Source of the DNA: a virus
Taxonomy: Duplodnaviria; Caudoviricetes
DNA length: 58,573 nt
Direction: 5' to 3' (one strand)
IMG/VR virus record: IMGVR_UViG_3300031857_000201
Location: 1 to 58,573 of that record
Part shown: positions 17,648 to 27,889 of the stretch, piece after piece
Numbering within the stretch: the stretch's first letter is position 1
Layout: each line of letters begins with the position of its first letter
Position numbers and translations under genes: made by a program
The notes under the pieces: model-generated
Databases searched by the model: none
What the model was told of the DNA's origin: nothing
Seen by the model: the letters and a program-made list of their open reading frames with translations, nothing else

Positions 17648-20168
17648 TGTCAACTCCCATTTGTGATTGCAATGCTTGTTGCGCGCCAAGTACTGTTTTG
17701 ATTTGCTCATGCTGCAAATTAGCAGCGCTATGGTCAAGCTCTGCAGCCTTAATACGCTCAGCGGTAAGGTTCTTTTCAGTGTTCATCACCAGCTTAGTAT
17801 TCTCAGCTTTCTCAGCCTTGGCTGCATCCAATTGTAGACGCTGTACATCCAGCATGGCGTCAGTTTGATCCTTGGCTGCTTTGCGCTGAGTCTCTGCCAT
17901 TTGTACATCAACCAGTGCTTTGACTTCAGGAGGCATAGGCGCTTGGCCTGACATTTGCTGCATCATTTGCAATGCTGCCATAATAACAGGTGGCAACTGA
18001 GCAAACGTTTCTTGTGAATCCATCATAACATGCTGTGATGCTGCAGCCAAGAGCTTATCAGCTGCAGGTGGCAGCATTTGTTCTTTCATAACATTGAATT
18101 GACGACCGAGTGCCGTGGAGGCGTAGGTATCAATTTGATTGAGATACCACAGTGTGACGTGCTGCTTCAAATGCTCAAGTGCTGCAGGAATATACACCGG
18201 GGCTATAATGGGGTTGGCACCATATAAAGGGTTCTTCATATAGTCCAACAAAACCTGGATGTGAGATAAATGATCCTGGTGCGGAAAAGCGCCTACTGGC
18301 TTACCTACCGTCATGGCTACATTTTCAAGAGCCGGGTTCATATCCTTGACATTCTGTGGATCAGGTAGAACCTCGTTGACATCAGGGATCTTGATTTGCT
18401 TAAGGATTCTCTTCTCAACTGCAATGCGGTTATACAAATCAGGATTAGCTTGAGCACGAGCTGCCAATGCCTGAATTTGAGCGTAGCGCTGAGTCTCTGA
18501 GAAAATGTGCGGATCAGATACCGGCACAATATCAGAATTCTTCTCAAAGTCTTCTTTGCTAACGCCAATTTCTTCAGCAATGTCATTTTTCTGTTGGTCA
18601 TCCAAATACCAACGATTGAGACGAGCAATGACACGCAATACGCGACGTTGAGACTCATGCAGCCTTGCATGAATTGAGCTGAACACAGCAGCGCCTTGCT
18701 CAATCAAAGCTTGTGTTGTACCTACCGGAGCTTGCGAATTGACATCAGCAATCTTTTCTTCAGACGTTGTTACCACGCCCTTAGCAGCATCAGTCAACCA
18801 GCCTAGCAATTGGAACAATACTGGGCTTGGTGGATTGAATGGCACCGGCATAGCTATCTTGCGGATGTCATCAACTCCTGGCGCTCCCTCAATTTCTGCA
18901 ACTTGAGTTGGTTCGATAGTGGTGCTCTGACCCGAGATCTTAGCCCCTTTGAGCTTGAGCATTGTGGGGGCAGTGTTAATATGTGCACTATCCAACAAGG
19001 CACGGAGAGCACCAGTAAGAGCAGCACTAAGGCCACCAATGAGATGAGGGAATCCGATTGCATAAGCACCACGCCAAGGGATGAACTTAAATTCAATAAT
19101 CCAATCGAGCTTAGACATTGTGTCATCGCCGTACTCCCAGTTGCGATATAAGCCTAGCACATCGCGAGTAAGCTCATCCACCATCAAAATATACGGCGCA
19201 CGCTCGCCTTTTGCGTAACTATCATCTTCTTGCTCAAGCCAAGTGTAAATGTGAAAAACGCGGCGTATGCCATCTACATTCTCTGCTTGAGATCTTTTAC
19301 CCTCAATCTTATTGGTTGCTTTCTCAGCCGCCGACTCTTCCGGCTCCATGCTGGCGCGATAGATGTTGACGTCCTTATATAAGCCTCGTGCAATTCGAAG
19401 CTCAAACTCTTCCTGAGTAATATCTTGAACTTCGGTAACGCGGCCAGCCGTATAGAAGTTACCAGCTGCAAAGGGTAAATAGATATTGTCAATGGGCAAA
19501 AATTCTACGCATGGGCGTTTCTTTTGCTCATCGTACCAGATCTTAAAGTATTGAGAGCCACCCAATGGAATTTGAGTGAACATCTGCTCTTGCTCATCTC
19601 TAAACTCCTCAATTTGCTCAGTCAACTGCCAATTGAGATATTCTTTTTTGCGCTCAGCCTTGGTGGTCTTTTCCTCAGTCACCTCGCCAAAGATCTTAGT
19701 GCGAACAGGCCCATCCGGCGGAAAGAGTTCTTTAATTGCACGTGCCGCAAAGTCAACACAGGCCTCAGCCATGACTGGGTGGACAACCTTGGATGCGCCT
19801 TGAAAAGATGCTCCACCAGGGGCGTCATGCCCCAAGCCTGTTCTACGAATGCCATCCTCGTATTGTTTATCGCGCTCAGCACGAGCATCTTTATCTTTAT
19901 CAATTAGCTCAAGATACTTGGTCGCCAAAGAGCTGGCTTCGTATGAAGCCATATCCTCGGCCAGGTTAGCGTAGAAGTCCGGCTCATCTTCTGGGCCTTT
20001 ATGGTCATCCATGCGAACGATAACTGAGCCATCTGGCAATTCTTCAAAGTCATCCTCATCTGGCTCTTCTTGATCGAAGATGTCGTTGAATTGTTGCTCA
20101 TCATCGTCATCGGAGACGGGCCCAATGAAACGATTGTAATCCTGTGGGATCGGCATCTCAGTTGCCAT
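17640..20168 (-). CDS. Portal protein (P22-like, long C-terminal barrel)
   Basis: 842 aa near terL. HPVMAEACVDF, GGSQYFKIWYD, APVGTTQALIEQG, SSIHARLH, and a Gln/Ala-rich helical C-terminus. Confidence 0.88.
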   Translation of the reverse strand: MATEMPIPQDYNRFIGPVSDDDDEQQFNDIFDQEEPDEDDFEELPDGSVIVRMDDHKGPEDEPDFYANLAEDMASYEASSLATKYLELIDKDKDARAERDKQYEDGIRRTGLGHDAPGGASFQGASKVVHPVMAEACVDFAARAIKELFPPDGPVRTKIFGEVTEEKTTKAERKKEYLNWQLTEQIEEFRDEQEQMFTQIPLGGSQYFKIWYDEQKKRPCVEFLPIDNIYLPFAAGNFYTAGRVTEVQDITQEEFELRIARGLYKDVNIYRASMEPEESAAEKATNKIEGKRSQAENVDGIRRVFHIYTWLEQEDDSYAKGERAPYILMVDELTRDVLGLYRNWEYGDDTMSKLDWIIEFKFIPWRGAYAIGFPHLIGGLSAALTGALRALLDSAHINTAPTMLKLKGAKISGQSTTIEPTQVAEIEGAPGVDDIRKIAMPVPFNPPSPVLFQLLGWLTDAAKGVVTTSEEKIADVNSQAPVGTTQALIEQGAAVFSSIHARLHESQRRVLRVIARLNRWYLDDQQKNDIAEEIGVSKEDFEKNSDIVPVSDPHIFSETQRYAQIQALAARAQANPDLYNRIAVEKRILKQIKIPDVNEVLPDPQNVKDMNPALENVAMTVGKPVGAFPHQDHLSHIQVLLDYMKNPLYGANPIIAPVYIPAALEHLKQHVTLWYLNQIDTYASTALGRQFNVMKEQMLPPAADKLLAAASQHVMMDSQETFAQLPPVIMAALQMMQQMSGQAPMPPEVKALVDVQMAETQRKAAKDQTDAMLDVQRLQLDAAKAEKAENTKLVMNTEKNLTAERIKAAELDHSAANLQHEQIKTVLGAQQALQSQMGVDNV

Positions 20169-23100
20169 TATGCTCTCCGAAGTAACTCAGCCCGCATGGC
20201 GGGAATTGATTTTGTCATTTGCACTTTTTTCTTAACGGCGCCACCCTTGGCGTAGCCTGGGCGTGGCTCTGCTTCAAACGCACGAAGCGCATATTCCAAT
20301 ATGTAAGGGCTTACTTCACCAAAAAAGTCAACAGGCTCTTCACGAATTCTTTCAGTGTAGTCATGCACTGTTGCTCGTATAGACGCATCGTCATCATTAG
20401 CGTCGATCATATTATCTAGCTGCTCACGCAAATGTTGAAGTATTTCACCTGCCTCGCCAAAATCTGCAGGCGATAGAAACTCACCTAAAGCGTTATTTGC
20501 CATGCGCCGAATCTGATTTGGCATTGCGTCCATTTCAGTTAGCAATGCGCCACGATTGTTGATGTCAGCCCAATCAACTTCGAATGCAGGCGTATCTATA
20601 TCGTCAAACAAAGTTGCTAAAGCGTCTTGGGGTACTTGTACTTCAGCAGGGGGCGGCGGCAGTTCTTCTGCTGCACGCAACTCACGTATACGATCATTAA
20701 CTTCGCGTATAGTTCTAAATAAGTGTTGATGTACGTCTCTAAAATCTTGTAAAACACGCACGTTCTCAGGCGTCATCTCCTGACTCTCTAATACTGCGAT
20801 AGTTTCTTCAGCGCCAGTTAATCTAGCCATTTGTTGATTGCCATAATTCAGCAATTCTTGCAGGTCATTCGCGATCTCAGGAGGTATCAAATCTGGCGTA
20901 GGCAACGGAGGCTCAGGCGCAACAACAGGCTCAGTTGTAGGCACCACATTATCGCTATTCTGCTTTACAAACTCGTCGAATTGCTTTTGCGTCATAAAGC
21001 GCGGCGCGGTGCTATAGTCAATGCTACGTATGACATCTACAGGCATGTCAGTTCTACGCTCAACATCACGAGCCAATGATCTAAAGTCGTTGTTATTGCG
21101 CGTATCAAATACGCCGGCATTTTCATGCAAATTGCTTGACGTTTGGTTGATAATGCTTGCGTATTGATTCATATACTCAGCTACGTCATCGCTATACGCA
21201 GGATTGATTTTTCCATTCTTTGCGCCCGATACATAGCCTATGCTGTAACCGCCTTCTCTGCGGGGCGTTAACTCGATGGTTACTACAGGCAAACCTGTTT
21301 GAGCATCACGCACACTGGCCAAGCGTTTATTGCCTTCGATTACTGCATTTACATATGAGAATTCAGAAGGGTCTCTACCGCCTGTAAACTCATCTTTTGC
21401 AAAGTCAAAGATAGGTTTATAGCTTTGTCTCTCATCTGTGAACAGATTGCGTGAGCCTTCAGCTGCTTGCCCGCATTGTCCAACGCAATGATCCAACACC
21501 AGTGTATCCAAACTTAGTACTTTGGCAATTGTTTCAGGCGGTGTTTCAAAGTCCAATTCAATAACTTTGGTCTTAGGTAAAGTAATTTGCGCCAAGCCCA
21601 GTTGCGCTTGCGCTGCATCAAGCGTTTTTTGCTTAGCGACTTGCGCAGCCTTAGCTTCTTCTGCCTCTTTGGCCATGCGCCTTTCAGCGCCTTTGCGTAC
21701 ATACTTTTCAACGGTTAGATTTTTAAGTTGATCCGCCGGTATATTGCCTCGCACTACGTCGTCATAGAAATCTTGTGCAATCTTTCCAAAACCTAACTCA
21801 TGCCCAATTTGACTTTCTCGGCCTGCGTATATTGTCTCACCTTCGGCTGCACGTGTAGCAGAAGGGTAAAACGGACGCTCATACGGATCAATATCACGCG
21901 TCAAAAATTGTTCTGGCGTACGCAATGCTACAGCCATATCTGATATAGCTTCATACGCCTTGCCGGTTTTTAAGTTCTCAATTTCTTTTTCAAGTTGCTG
22001 AATTTGCCGACCTTTGACTCGCAATGGATTGGTCAAGGCTGCATACTCGGGAATCGTTGCAGGGTCTACACCTTGAGCTTCAGCTTGTGCAAGCAACGTA
22101 TTACGTCGATCTTGCATTGCATCTAACTCATCTTGCGCAACAAGCAATTGCCCCATCTTCTCGTTTGCTTTTACACCTACAAGGCCTTCTACGGGGTACC
22201 CTGCAGCTTCGCGAGATGGTTGCACCCACTCAGGTTGTATGTATGACGCCATATCACGTATAAGCTCAGGCGACTCGTACGTCAAACCTTGCGCCGCCAA
22301 CCCTACCAATGGGTCACCTTCAGTGCCTACGTTACGAACCAAGTAGTTTGAGAAGGGGCCTTGCAGCCAATCAACTGCTGCAGCGTGGCGTTGCGTGAAG
22401 TCAATAGGCGTTACGATATTGGCACCTGTGCGCTCGGCTAATGCACGCGCTTCAGGTGAATTGAGATATTCAGTGTAAAGCTCCATTGTCTTGGCTGCGT
22501 TGGAATTGCGCTCGCTGTACTCTCTATCAAATGCTCGCCTTGCATCTGATGAGCCAAGATCTGGATACATTTCCATTTTACGCTCTACTGCGTACTCACG
22601 CATTGCATCTATCAAAGGATTGGGCAATTCACTCTCAATGCGATCGCGCCATTGCGCAAGCAAATTGTATGGCGCCAATTCTCGAGATGCACCTGCAACT
22701 GTGCGTACGATATTAGTTGCCGGGTCCACAGTAAAGCTTGCGCCCATTGCCGTTTCAGGCTTGGTAGGCTCTATTAACTTTGTGCCTTTTCGGCGTACAG
22801 CGTACATCTCAGGCGACGTGGCGGCGGCAAATGGCGATTCATCCTGCAGACTTTGGCGTCTCTCACTTATGCTGGCCCACTCATCTGCCAAGCTTTGCAG
22901 ACGTGAGCCAATTGTTGGTTTGCCTGTGATAGGGTCAATGCGCTGAAAGCCAGTTTGCGCGGCCTGGAAATCAGCAGGCACTTCTCTCAATTGTGTAGCT
23001 AAACGCGCGGCGTCACCTTTCAATGCCAAGACATCTGCGCCTGTGAGCATAGGGCGACGTGGCAAACCGCCTGGCATTGCAGGCCAAGCATGCGGCAGTT

Positions 23101-23554
23101 TAGAGGCTTCAAACGCTTTACCAAATGCTGACGCAAACTCTTCGCCTTGGGGTGTTTGCATTGGTGCTGCGTTCTTCTCGAGCAATGCGTTGACTTCAGG
23201 CGTAGATGTTTGACCTGTCAACAAAGCCTGCCAAGGTGTCCGCACCATCATTTGGAACGGGTTACCGAAGAGCGTATTGGTTACATCGGAGACTTGCTGT
23301 GGCAATGTAGCCATGTCACGCTGCAACTCAGAAAAGCGTTGACGTGGCTTTGCAAGCGGATCTTTGAAATTGGCATGACGCATTGCCGCCAATGCACGAC
23401 GCATCTCATCGATATTCGGAGGATTGTTGTACAAAGGATCCGCAGTGGGAATGTCCAGGTATCCAGGACGAGGGACCTCGCCTCGAGGACGTTGAGTTCC
23501 GGCGTAGTAGTCTTCTTCGCCAGGAATGTAGTTACCTAACGCGTCATACGGCAT
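20168..23554 (-). CDS. Large (1128 aa) protein with a PcfJ-like domain, possibly an internal/ejected virion protein
   Basis: Likely ATG at 23554. LDHCVG...Y...V..G..RLASVRD...P.VTIE resembles PcfJ-like domains. Ends YAKGG plus a basic tail. Confidence 0.6.
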   Translation of the reverse strand: MPYDALGNYIPGEEDYYAGTQRPRGEVPRPGYLDIPTADPLYNNPPNIDEMRRALAAMRHANFKDPLAKPRQRFSELQRDMATLPQQVSDVTNTLFGNPFQMMVRTPWQALLTGQTSTPEVNALLEKNAAPMQTPQGEEFASAFGKAFEASKLPHAWPAMPGGLPRRPMLTGADVLALKGDAARLATQLREVPADFQAAQTGFQRIDPITGKPTIGSRLQSLADEWASISERRQSLQDESPFAAATSPEMYAVRRKGTKLIEPTKPETAMGASFTVDPATNIVRTVAGASRELAPYNLLAQWRDRIESELPNPLIDAMREYAVERKMEMYPDLGSSDARRAFDREYSERNSNAAKTMELYTEYLNSPEARALAERTGANIVTPIDFTQRHAAAVDWLQGPFSNYLVRNVGTEGDPLVGLAAQGLTYESPELIRDMASYIQPEWVQPSREAAGYPVEGLVGVKANEKMGQLLVAQDELDAMQDRRNTLLAQAEAQGVDPATIPEYAALTNPLRVKGRQIQQLEKEIENLKTGKAYEAISDMAVALRTPEQFLTRDIDPYERPFYPSATRAAEGETIYAGRESQIGHELGFGKIAQDFYDDVVRGNIPADQLKNLTVEKYVRKGAERRMAKEAEEAKAAQVAKQKTLDAAQAQLGLAQITLPKTKVIELDFETPPETIAKVLSLDTLVLDHCVGQCGQAAEGSRNLFTDERQSYKPIFDFAKDEFTGGRDPSEFSYVNAVIEGNKRLASVRDAQTGLPVVTIELTPRREGGYSIGYVSGAKNGKINPAYSDDVAEYMNQYASIINQTSSNLHENAGVFDTRNNNDFRSLARDVERRTDMPVDVIRSIDYSTAPRFMTQKQFDEFVKQNSDNVVPTTEPVVAPEPPLPTPDLIPPEIANDLQELLNYGNQQMARLTGAEETIAVLESQEMTPENVRVLQDFRDVHQHLFRTIREVNDRIRELRAAEELPPPPAEVQVPQDALATLFDDIDTPAFEVDWADINNRGALLTEMDAMPNQIRRMANNALGEFLSPADFGEAGEILQHLREQLDNMIDANDDDASIRATVHDYTERIREEPVDFFGEVSPYILEYALRAFEAEPRPGYAKGGAVKKKVQMTKSIPAMRAELLRRA

Positions 23555-24974
23555 AGGGGTTGACCCTCTTTGGCTGGGAGTCGTCGGAATACGAACTCTC
23601 GTCATTGTATACCGGATCAATGTCCAAGAATCCCATATCACGCAAAATTCTCAAAGCTTGAGTCGTGGCATCAACCAAGTCGTCATGCCGAACTTCAGGG
23701 AAAGCGCAAAGCTGACTAATCAAAGGCTCCACCCAATCACGTGCAAAGCCGGCTTTCTTCATAGACTCAGGCACGTAGACTCGACCCCGCTTAATGATGG
23801 GTGCCACGATGTTCAGCCTTTGCATCTTGTCAGCCAGCCCAGGGTTGTAGCTTCTTACGGGGACTCCGGCTCTTTGAAGATCTTGAATGAGACTGATACC
23901 GGCCGACTTATCTTCGATGAGTACAAGGTCGACCTTCTTCCCGTGCCCAAACTCATTTTCGTCCCCATAAATCGACTTAGACTCCTCAACAACTTTTGGT
24001 CGTAAGTCGGGGTACTGCAAATGCTCTTCCCAGCAATCAACGACCATTGCTGCAAGGGGTTTGTCTTCGGAAGGCTTGAAGATGCCCAGGACGACGCAGG
24101 CTGTTGGATCATTGTGGGTCTTGTCCGAAGTAGCACAATCGTAGGACTGTACAACATACTCAAACTTCGGGAGAGGCTTCTCAGCAGGCCAGAGCTTGAA
24201 CCAGTCACGCTTGACGATACCCGCCTCTTCAGGGTCGATAATCTCGGCATGAATTTCTTGGCGCCCAAGTTTGGTCCCCTCATACTGCAAAATTTGTTTC
24301 TGGAAGGTCGGAGCGAGGTTCTGGAGGTTGTCGTAGGTACTGGCCGAGGTATACACCACATCATCCCCATCGCGGGCCACCAGATCCACAATGAGAGGCT
24401 TGGGCTTAGGTGTTGTGGTACAGATCAGCCGAGGGTTCTTGCCAAGCCGCAATCCGAATTGCAGCATATCCCATGCGTCATCCAGGTAATCCCATGCTGC
24501 CAACTCATCCAGCCAACCGCCATGGAACTGAGGACCACGGAATCGTTCCGGTTCTGAAGCTGGGATGCCTTTGATGATAGACCCGTTTGTGAGTCTCAAC
24601 TCGTGAAGAGACTTGGTGTACGTCTCAATGAGAAGCTGTGGGATGACATTAAGCAGTCCGGAATCGCCTTCAAAGCAAACATCACGAACATCTCCGGATG
24701 TTGGTGCTGAGACCAACCAACGTGTGCCAGGCTGAGTCCAAGCTTCCCACCACACCCACTCGGCTGCGCACCGAGTCTTGCCTGCGCCACGTCCTGCAAG
24801 GAGTAACCACACACTCCACCAATCGCCGGATGGAGGGATCTGATGCTTACCGGCTTTGAGGAGCCACTTCATCCGCGCCAAAGTCGCGGCTTTTTGCTCA
24901 GGCGGAAGTTTGTTGAGATCCGGCCCTTTGCGTATCTTCTCGGCTAATTGCTCACTTACCTCGGGACTCAGCAT
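23544..24974 (-). CDS. terL: Terminase large subunit
   Basis: Walker A LAGRGAGKTR, Walker B WLDE, coupling motif TTTP, RNase-H-like nuclease SYDCA...IEDKSAG...HDDLVDA. Confidence 0.96.
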   Translation of the reverse strand: MLSPEVSEQLAEKIRKGPDLNKLPPEQKAATLARMKWLLKAGKHQIPPSGDWWSVWLLLAGRGAGKTRCAAEWVWWEAWTQPGTRWLVSAPTSGDVRDVCFEGDSGLLNVIPQLLIETYTKSLHELRLTNGSIIKGIPASEPERFRGPQFHGGWLDELAAWDYLDDAWDMLQFGLRLGKNPRLICTTTPKPKPLIVDLVARDGDDVVYTSASTYDNLQNLAPTFQKQILQYEGTKLGRQEIHAEIIDPEEAGIVKRDWFKLWPAEKPLPKFEYVVQSYDCATSDKTHNDPTACVVLGIFKPSEDKPLAAMVVDCWEEHLQYPDLRPKVVEESKSIYGDENEFGHGKKVDLVLIEDKSAGISLIQDLQRAGVPVRSYNPGLADKMQRLNIVAPIIKRGRVYVPESMKKAGFARDWVEPLISQLCAFPEVRHDDLVDATTQALRILRDMGFLDIDPVYNDESSYSDDSQPKRVNPYAV

Positions 24975-25419
24975 CGGACTGCCTCACAGCCAAAAGCTCG
25001 TTCAACAGCTCACCCGTGAAGTCATGCGTATGCTCAACTTGCACAGGCCCGTCGTTCTTACCCGTGAGCTCAACTTTGGAGTTCTCCCGATATTGCTCGG
25101 GGAACCGCGCAGCCATGCTTCTTGACCAGAGACCAGTGTTTAGCTTTGGGCTACCAGGCGACTCAATGAGATGATTCTCAGCCAGTTCTTCCCAGTATTG
25201 CAGCGCATGCTGTCGTGATATTTCCAAGGCTTCCCGAAAATCCTTGTGCGCAGCTTCCCAATTTGTGAGATTGCTAGGCGGAATGTTGAGTATCGACCCA
25301 ATCGCCCAACGTGACTTGCCCTGCTTGCCAAGCTCAATGACCTGCTCACAATAAGCAGGGTCGTATTTGCTTGGACGCCCTAAAAACTTTCCGTTTTTTG
25401 ATGGAGTCTTGGTAGTCAT
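24952..25419 (-). CDS. terS: Terminase small subunit
   Basis: GRPSKYDP.YCE.VIELG..G HTH-type start and C-terminal VELTGKNDGPVQ. Directly upstream of terL. Likely ATG at 25419. Confidence 0.85.
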   Translation of the reverse strand: MTTKTPSKNGKFLGRPSKYDPAYCEQVIELGKQGKSRWAIGSILNIPPSNLTNWEAAHKDFREALEISRQHALQYWEELAENHLIESPGSPKLNTGLWSRSMAARFPEQYRENSKVELTGKNDGPVQVEHTHDFTGELLNELLAVRQSDAESRGK

Positions 25420-25439
25420 GGCTCGGATTTTATCCTCAT

Positions 25440-25760
25440 TTTCGAAAAAGTAAATACACAAACCAAAATGACAACGGGTTACAAAAAATGGTTTCACTTA
25501 GCCAGAACTCTATATATACGAGTGCATATATATATAATATTTATTTTTTATATTTTTTTAGAATTACTGTAACCTTCTATAACTATGTAACTTCCCAATG
25601 GAGCCAAAGGCTTTGAGGGTTACAAAAAAGTTTCAGGTTTCACCCATTTTGATACCACACAATCAACTATCCTTCCAACTCTGACAATATTGCTTTTTCA
25701 GTAATTGCTACAATATCAACCCAACTACGTTGTGTAACCTTCGACTGTGTAACCACAAAA
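25440..25760. other. Candidate replication origin / packaging region
   Basis: Very AT-rich core at 25510-25565. GGGTTACAAAAAA direct repeats at 25476 and 25617. Inverted TGTAAC(C) copies at 25568, 25586, 25733 and 25748. Confidence 0.55.
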
Positions 25761-27739
25761 GTTGTATATCGATGCGTTTTCCCGTTGATTTTGATCACTT
25801 TGCTGGGCTCACTTTCACCTTGAGCCTCCATTGCGCGACGAATATATTGCGTTTTAGCTTTAGCGTCGTAGCCCCAGCGTTCGCATAAAACAGATAGTTG
25901 CGCAGGAGTAAAAGCAGCTTCTCCGTTGCAATGCTCACGTGTCCAGTCAGCCAATTCTTTGGCAAAAGCTTCTAATGGAGACTTGCTTAGCTCAATCGCT
26001 TTCTGCTTATACGCCGTCATTGGCGCTGGAGCGTAGGGATCAAAATTACTAATATCACGACTCAAATACCAGTCAAGAACAGCTGAGAAGCCAGAGCCTT
26101 GGTTGGATCGAGCCCAGCGCATCATGGCACTAACACGTTCCAGAATATCTTGTTGACTGAAGGTAGGGCACTTATAAATAGCTTCTCGACGGCTACTGGC
26201 GCCCATATGAGTGATGTAGGGCTTATTGGATGTGAATACATAATTCACGTAATTCTTGACGGTGTATTGAGCGCCATATTTGTTGTTGATAAGAATCTCC
26301 TTGCCGGTAATGAGATTCTTTAATTTAGCGCTATGGTCATCGCGGTCTGAGCTTGGCTCATTGACCACCACAAAGATCTTTCCTTTCATGACGCCGTTGA
26401 AGTTGGAGAAAAGATCATCTGGCCCCAGCGTAGCAGCCGGAGAGTTTTCTCCCATACCAAGCATTTCAGCGATGAATTCAGGAATGGCTGATTTGCCCAT
26501 ACCTTCCATGTCATGAATGAACTGTGGCGTGGTGTTATTACGCCTCCATGGGTATTGAATGATATTGGCTACCCAATCATGCCAGTATTTGACAAACTCT
26601 GGCTCAGCCTGAAAGAAGTAATCACAAAAATCTAGATATGGGCTGGGGTCTCCAGGTATAGGCTCATGAGCCCAATCTTTAAATAGGTTATATTTCTTAT
26701 CCGGCGTAATCTGCAAACCTTGGAACTCCGGATACATACCTACCTGCTCTATTTTGCAGCAGCGTGGCCATTTTTTGTACTCATCCAAAAGCGCTATATC
26801 TTTGGTGGTAACGTTACCACGACTGCTAGTATTGACCTGAGTAAAGTATTGCTGCGCACTATCGATTTTGGCTTTGTTCCAATTAAGAATGAGCCCGTCC
26901 TTTAAGCGAATCACATCTCCATTGAAGAGAGCGTATTGAGTCTTGAACTCATAAAGCTTAGTTTCCATTGTATCAACACCATTCATCACCACCGATGTGG
27001 CAGTTAATACACTTGCAAGGCTACCATTGCTTAATAGGTGGTCGTCAATAGCATACTTAGAGCCCACGCCAGGGCCAAATTTGCCAACGCGGCAAAGGTG
27101 AACCACAGCCCCCAGGCCACGTAGAGTGACAGCCAACTTAGTTTCAGCCATGGCAACTTGTTCATTGGGCTCGCCATCTTCTTCTTTTCCGTCGTAATCA
27201 AAGACAATATAAACAGTTCGGTGTTTTTCTTGGAAGCTGGTTTTGCGCCTCCAAGCTATTTTCATCAGGTCGGCGTGTAGAGGCAGGCCAGATTTGTCAG
27301 TCCAACTGGTGACGCCTGCCAAGCCAATAGGCGCGTAGAGGCTGCCGTCAGCGGTAATTTGCTTCAGAATCTGATATGCTTTGAATTCCCCTTCGGTGAT
27401 GATGATGGGAATATCCACATCCTGAGCAATAGCTTTCCAATTGGCGCCAGGTGGGAAATAGATATGAGAACCTGAAGCTCTAGGCTGAGAGTATTTCATT
27501 TTGCTCTTGGGGAAGAGCAATCTGACTCGATTGAAGCCAGTTGGTTGGCCTGAGAAATCGTAATAAGGTAATTTGACGGACCATTCTTTGGTGTGGCCAA
27601 GAAGGTCGTATGTCTCATCAGGTGTCAGAAGTTCTAAGCCGAGAATCTTGCAATCGGTATCATCGAACTGTCTATCTGCTGTGAAGCTGGTATATAATTG
27701 CTCAGGTGATGTTGTTTGGGCGGCGAAACCGGATGACAT
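25667..27739 (-). CDS. Primase-helicase (DUF3854-like TOPRIM domain plus SF3/DUF5906-like helicase)
   Basis: KYSQP, IIITEGEFKA, IVFDYD, IDD in the TOPRIM part. Walker A EGMGKS, VVNE, LKNLITG, N.VFTSN in the helicase part. Confidence 0.88.
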   Translation of the reverse strand: MSSGFAAQTTSPEQLYTSFTADRQFDDTDCKILGLELLTPDETYDLLGHTKEWSVKLPYYDFSGQPTGFNRVRLLFPKSKMKYSQPRASGSHIYFPPGANWKAIAQDVDIPIIITEGEFKAYQILKQITADGSLYAPIGLAGVTSWTDKSGLPLHADLMKIAWRRKTSFQEKHRTVYIVFDYDGKEEDGEPNEQVAMAETKLAVTLRGLGAVVHLCRVGKFGPGVGSKYAIDDHLLSNGSLASVLTATSVVMNGVDTMETKLYEFKTQYALFNGDVIRLKDGLILNWNKAKIDSAQQYFTQVNTSSRGNVTTKDIALLDEYKKWPRCCKIEQVGMYPEFQGLQITPDKKYNLFKDWAHEPIPGDPSPYLDFCDYFFQAEPEFVKYWHDWVANIIQYPWRRNNTTPQFIHDMEGMGKSAIPEFIAEMLGMGENSPAATLGPDDLFSNFNGVMKGKIFVVVNEPSSDRDDHSAKLKNLITGKEILINNKYGAQYTVKNYVNYVFTSNKPYITHMGASSRREAIYKCPTFSQQDILERVSAMMRWARSNQGSGFSAVLDWYLSRDISNFDPYAPAPMTAYKQKAIELSKSPLEAFAKELADWTREHCNGEAAFTPAQLSVLCERWGYDAKAKTQYIRRAMEAQGESEPSKVIKINGKTHRYTTFVVTQSKVTQRSWVDIVAITEKAILSELEG

Positions 27740-27762
27740 TCGTAATCCCTGTAGTGAAAGTG

Positions 27763-27800
27763 AGGCTCTCTATTGTGCAGATAGAGAGCCTTATTTTTTA
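27763..27800 (+). terminator. 11-bp perfect hairpin with plus-strand U-tract in the primase leader
   Basis: AGGCTCTCTAT-N7-ATAGAGAGCCT followed by TATTTTTT. Confidence 0.55.
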
Positions 27801-27889
27801 TCATGACTGCGTAAATCGGATTTTGCTTGTTCAACAATCAGAAATTCGCAACCGCAGAGTGTAAGCGCCACCTTTCGGTAGCACCTGCC

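Noticed and set aside
23555-23641. N-terminal extension of the 1157-aa ORF into terL; similar over-long starts at 4399, 12072, 17737 and 25497
   Set aside because: Downstream ATGs with RBS or coupling fit better. The extensions overlap other genes, terminators or the AT-rich origin region.
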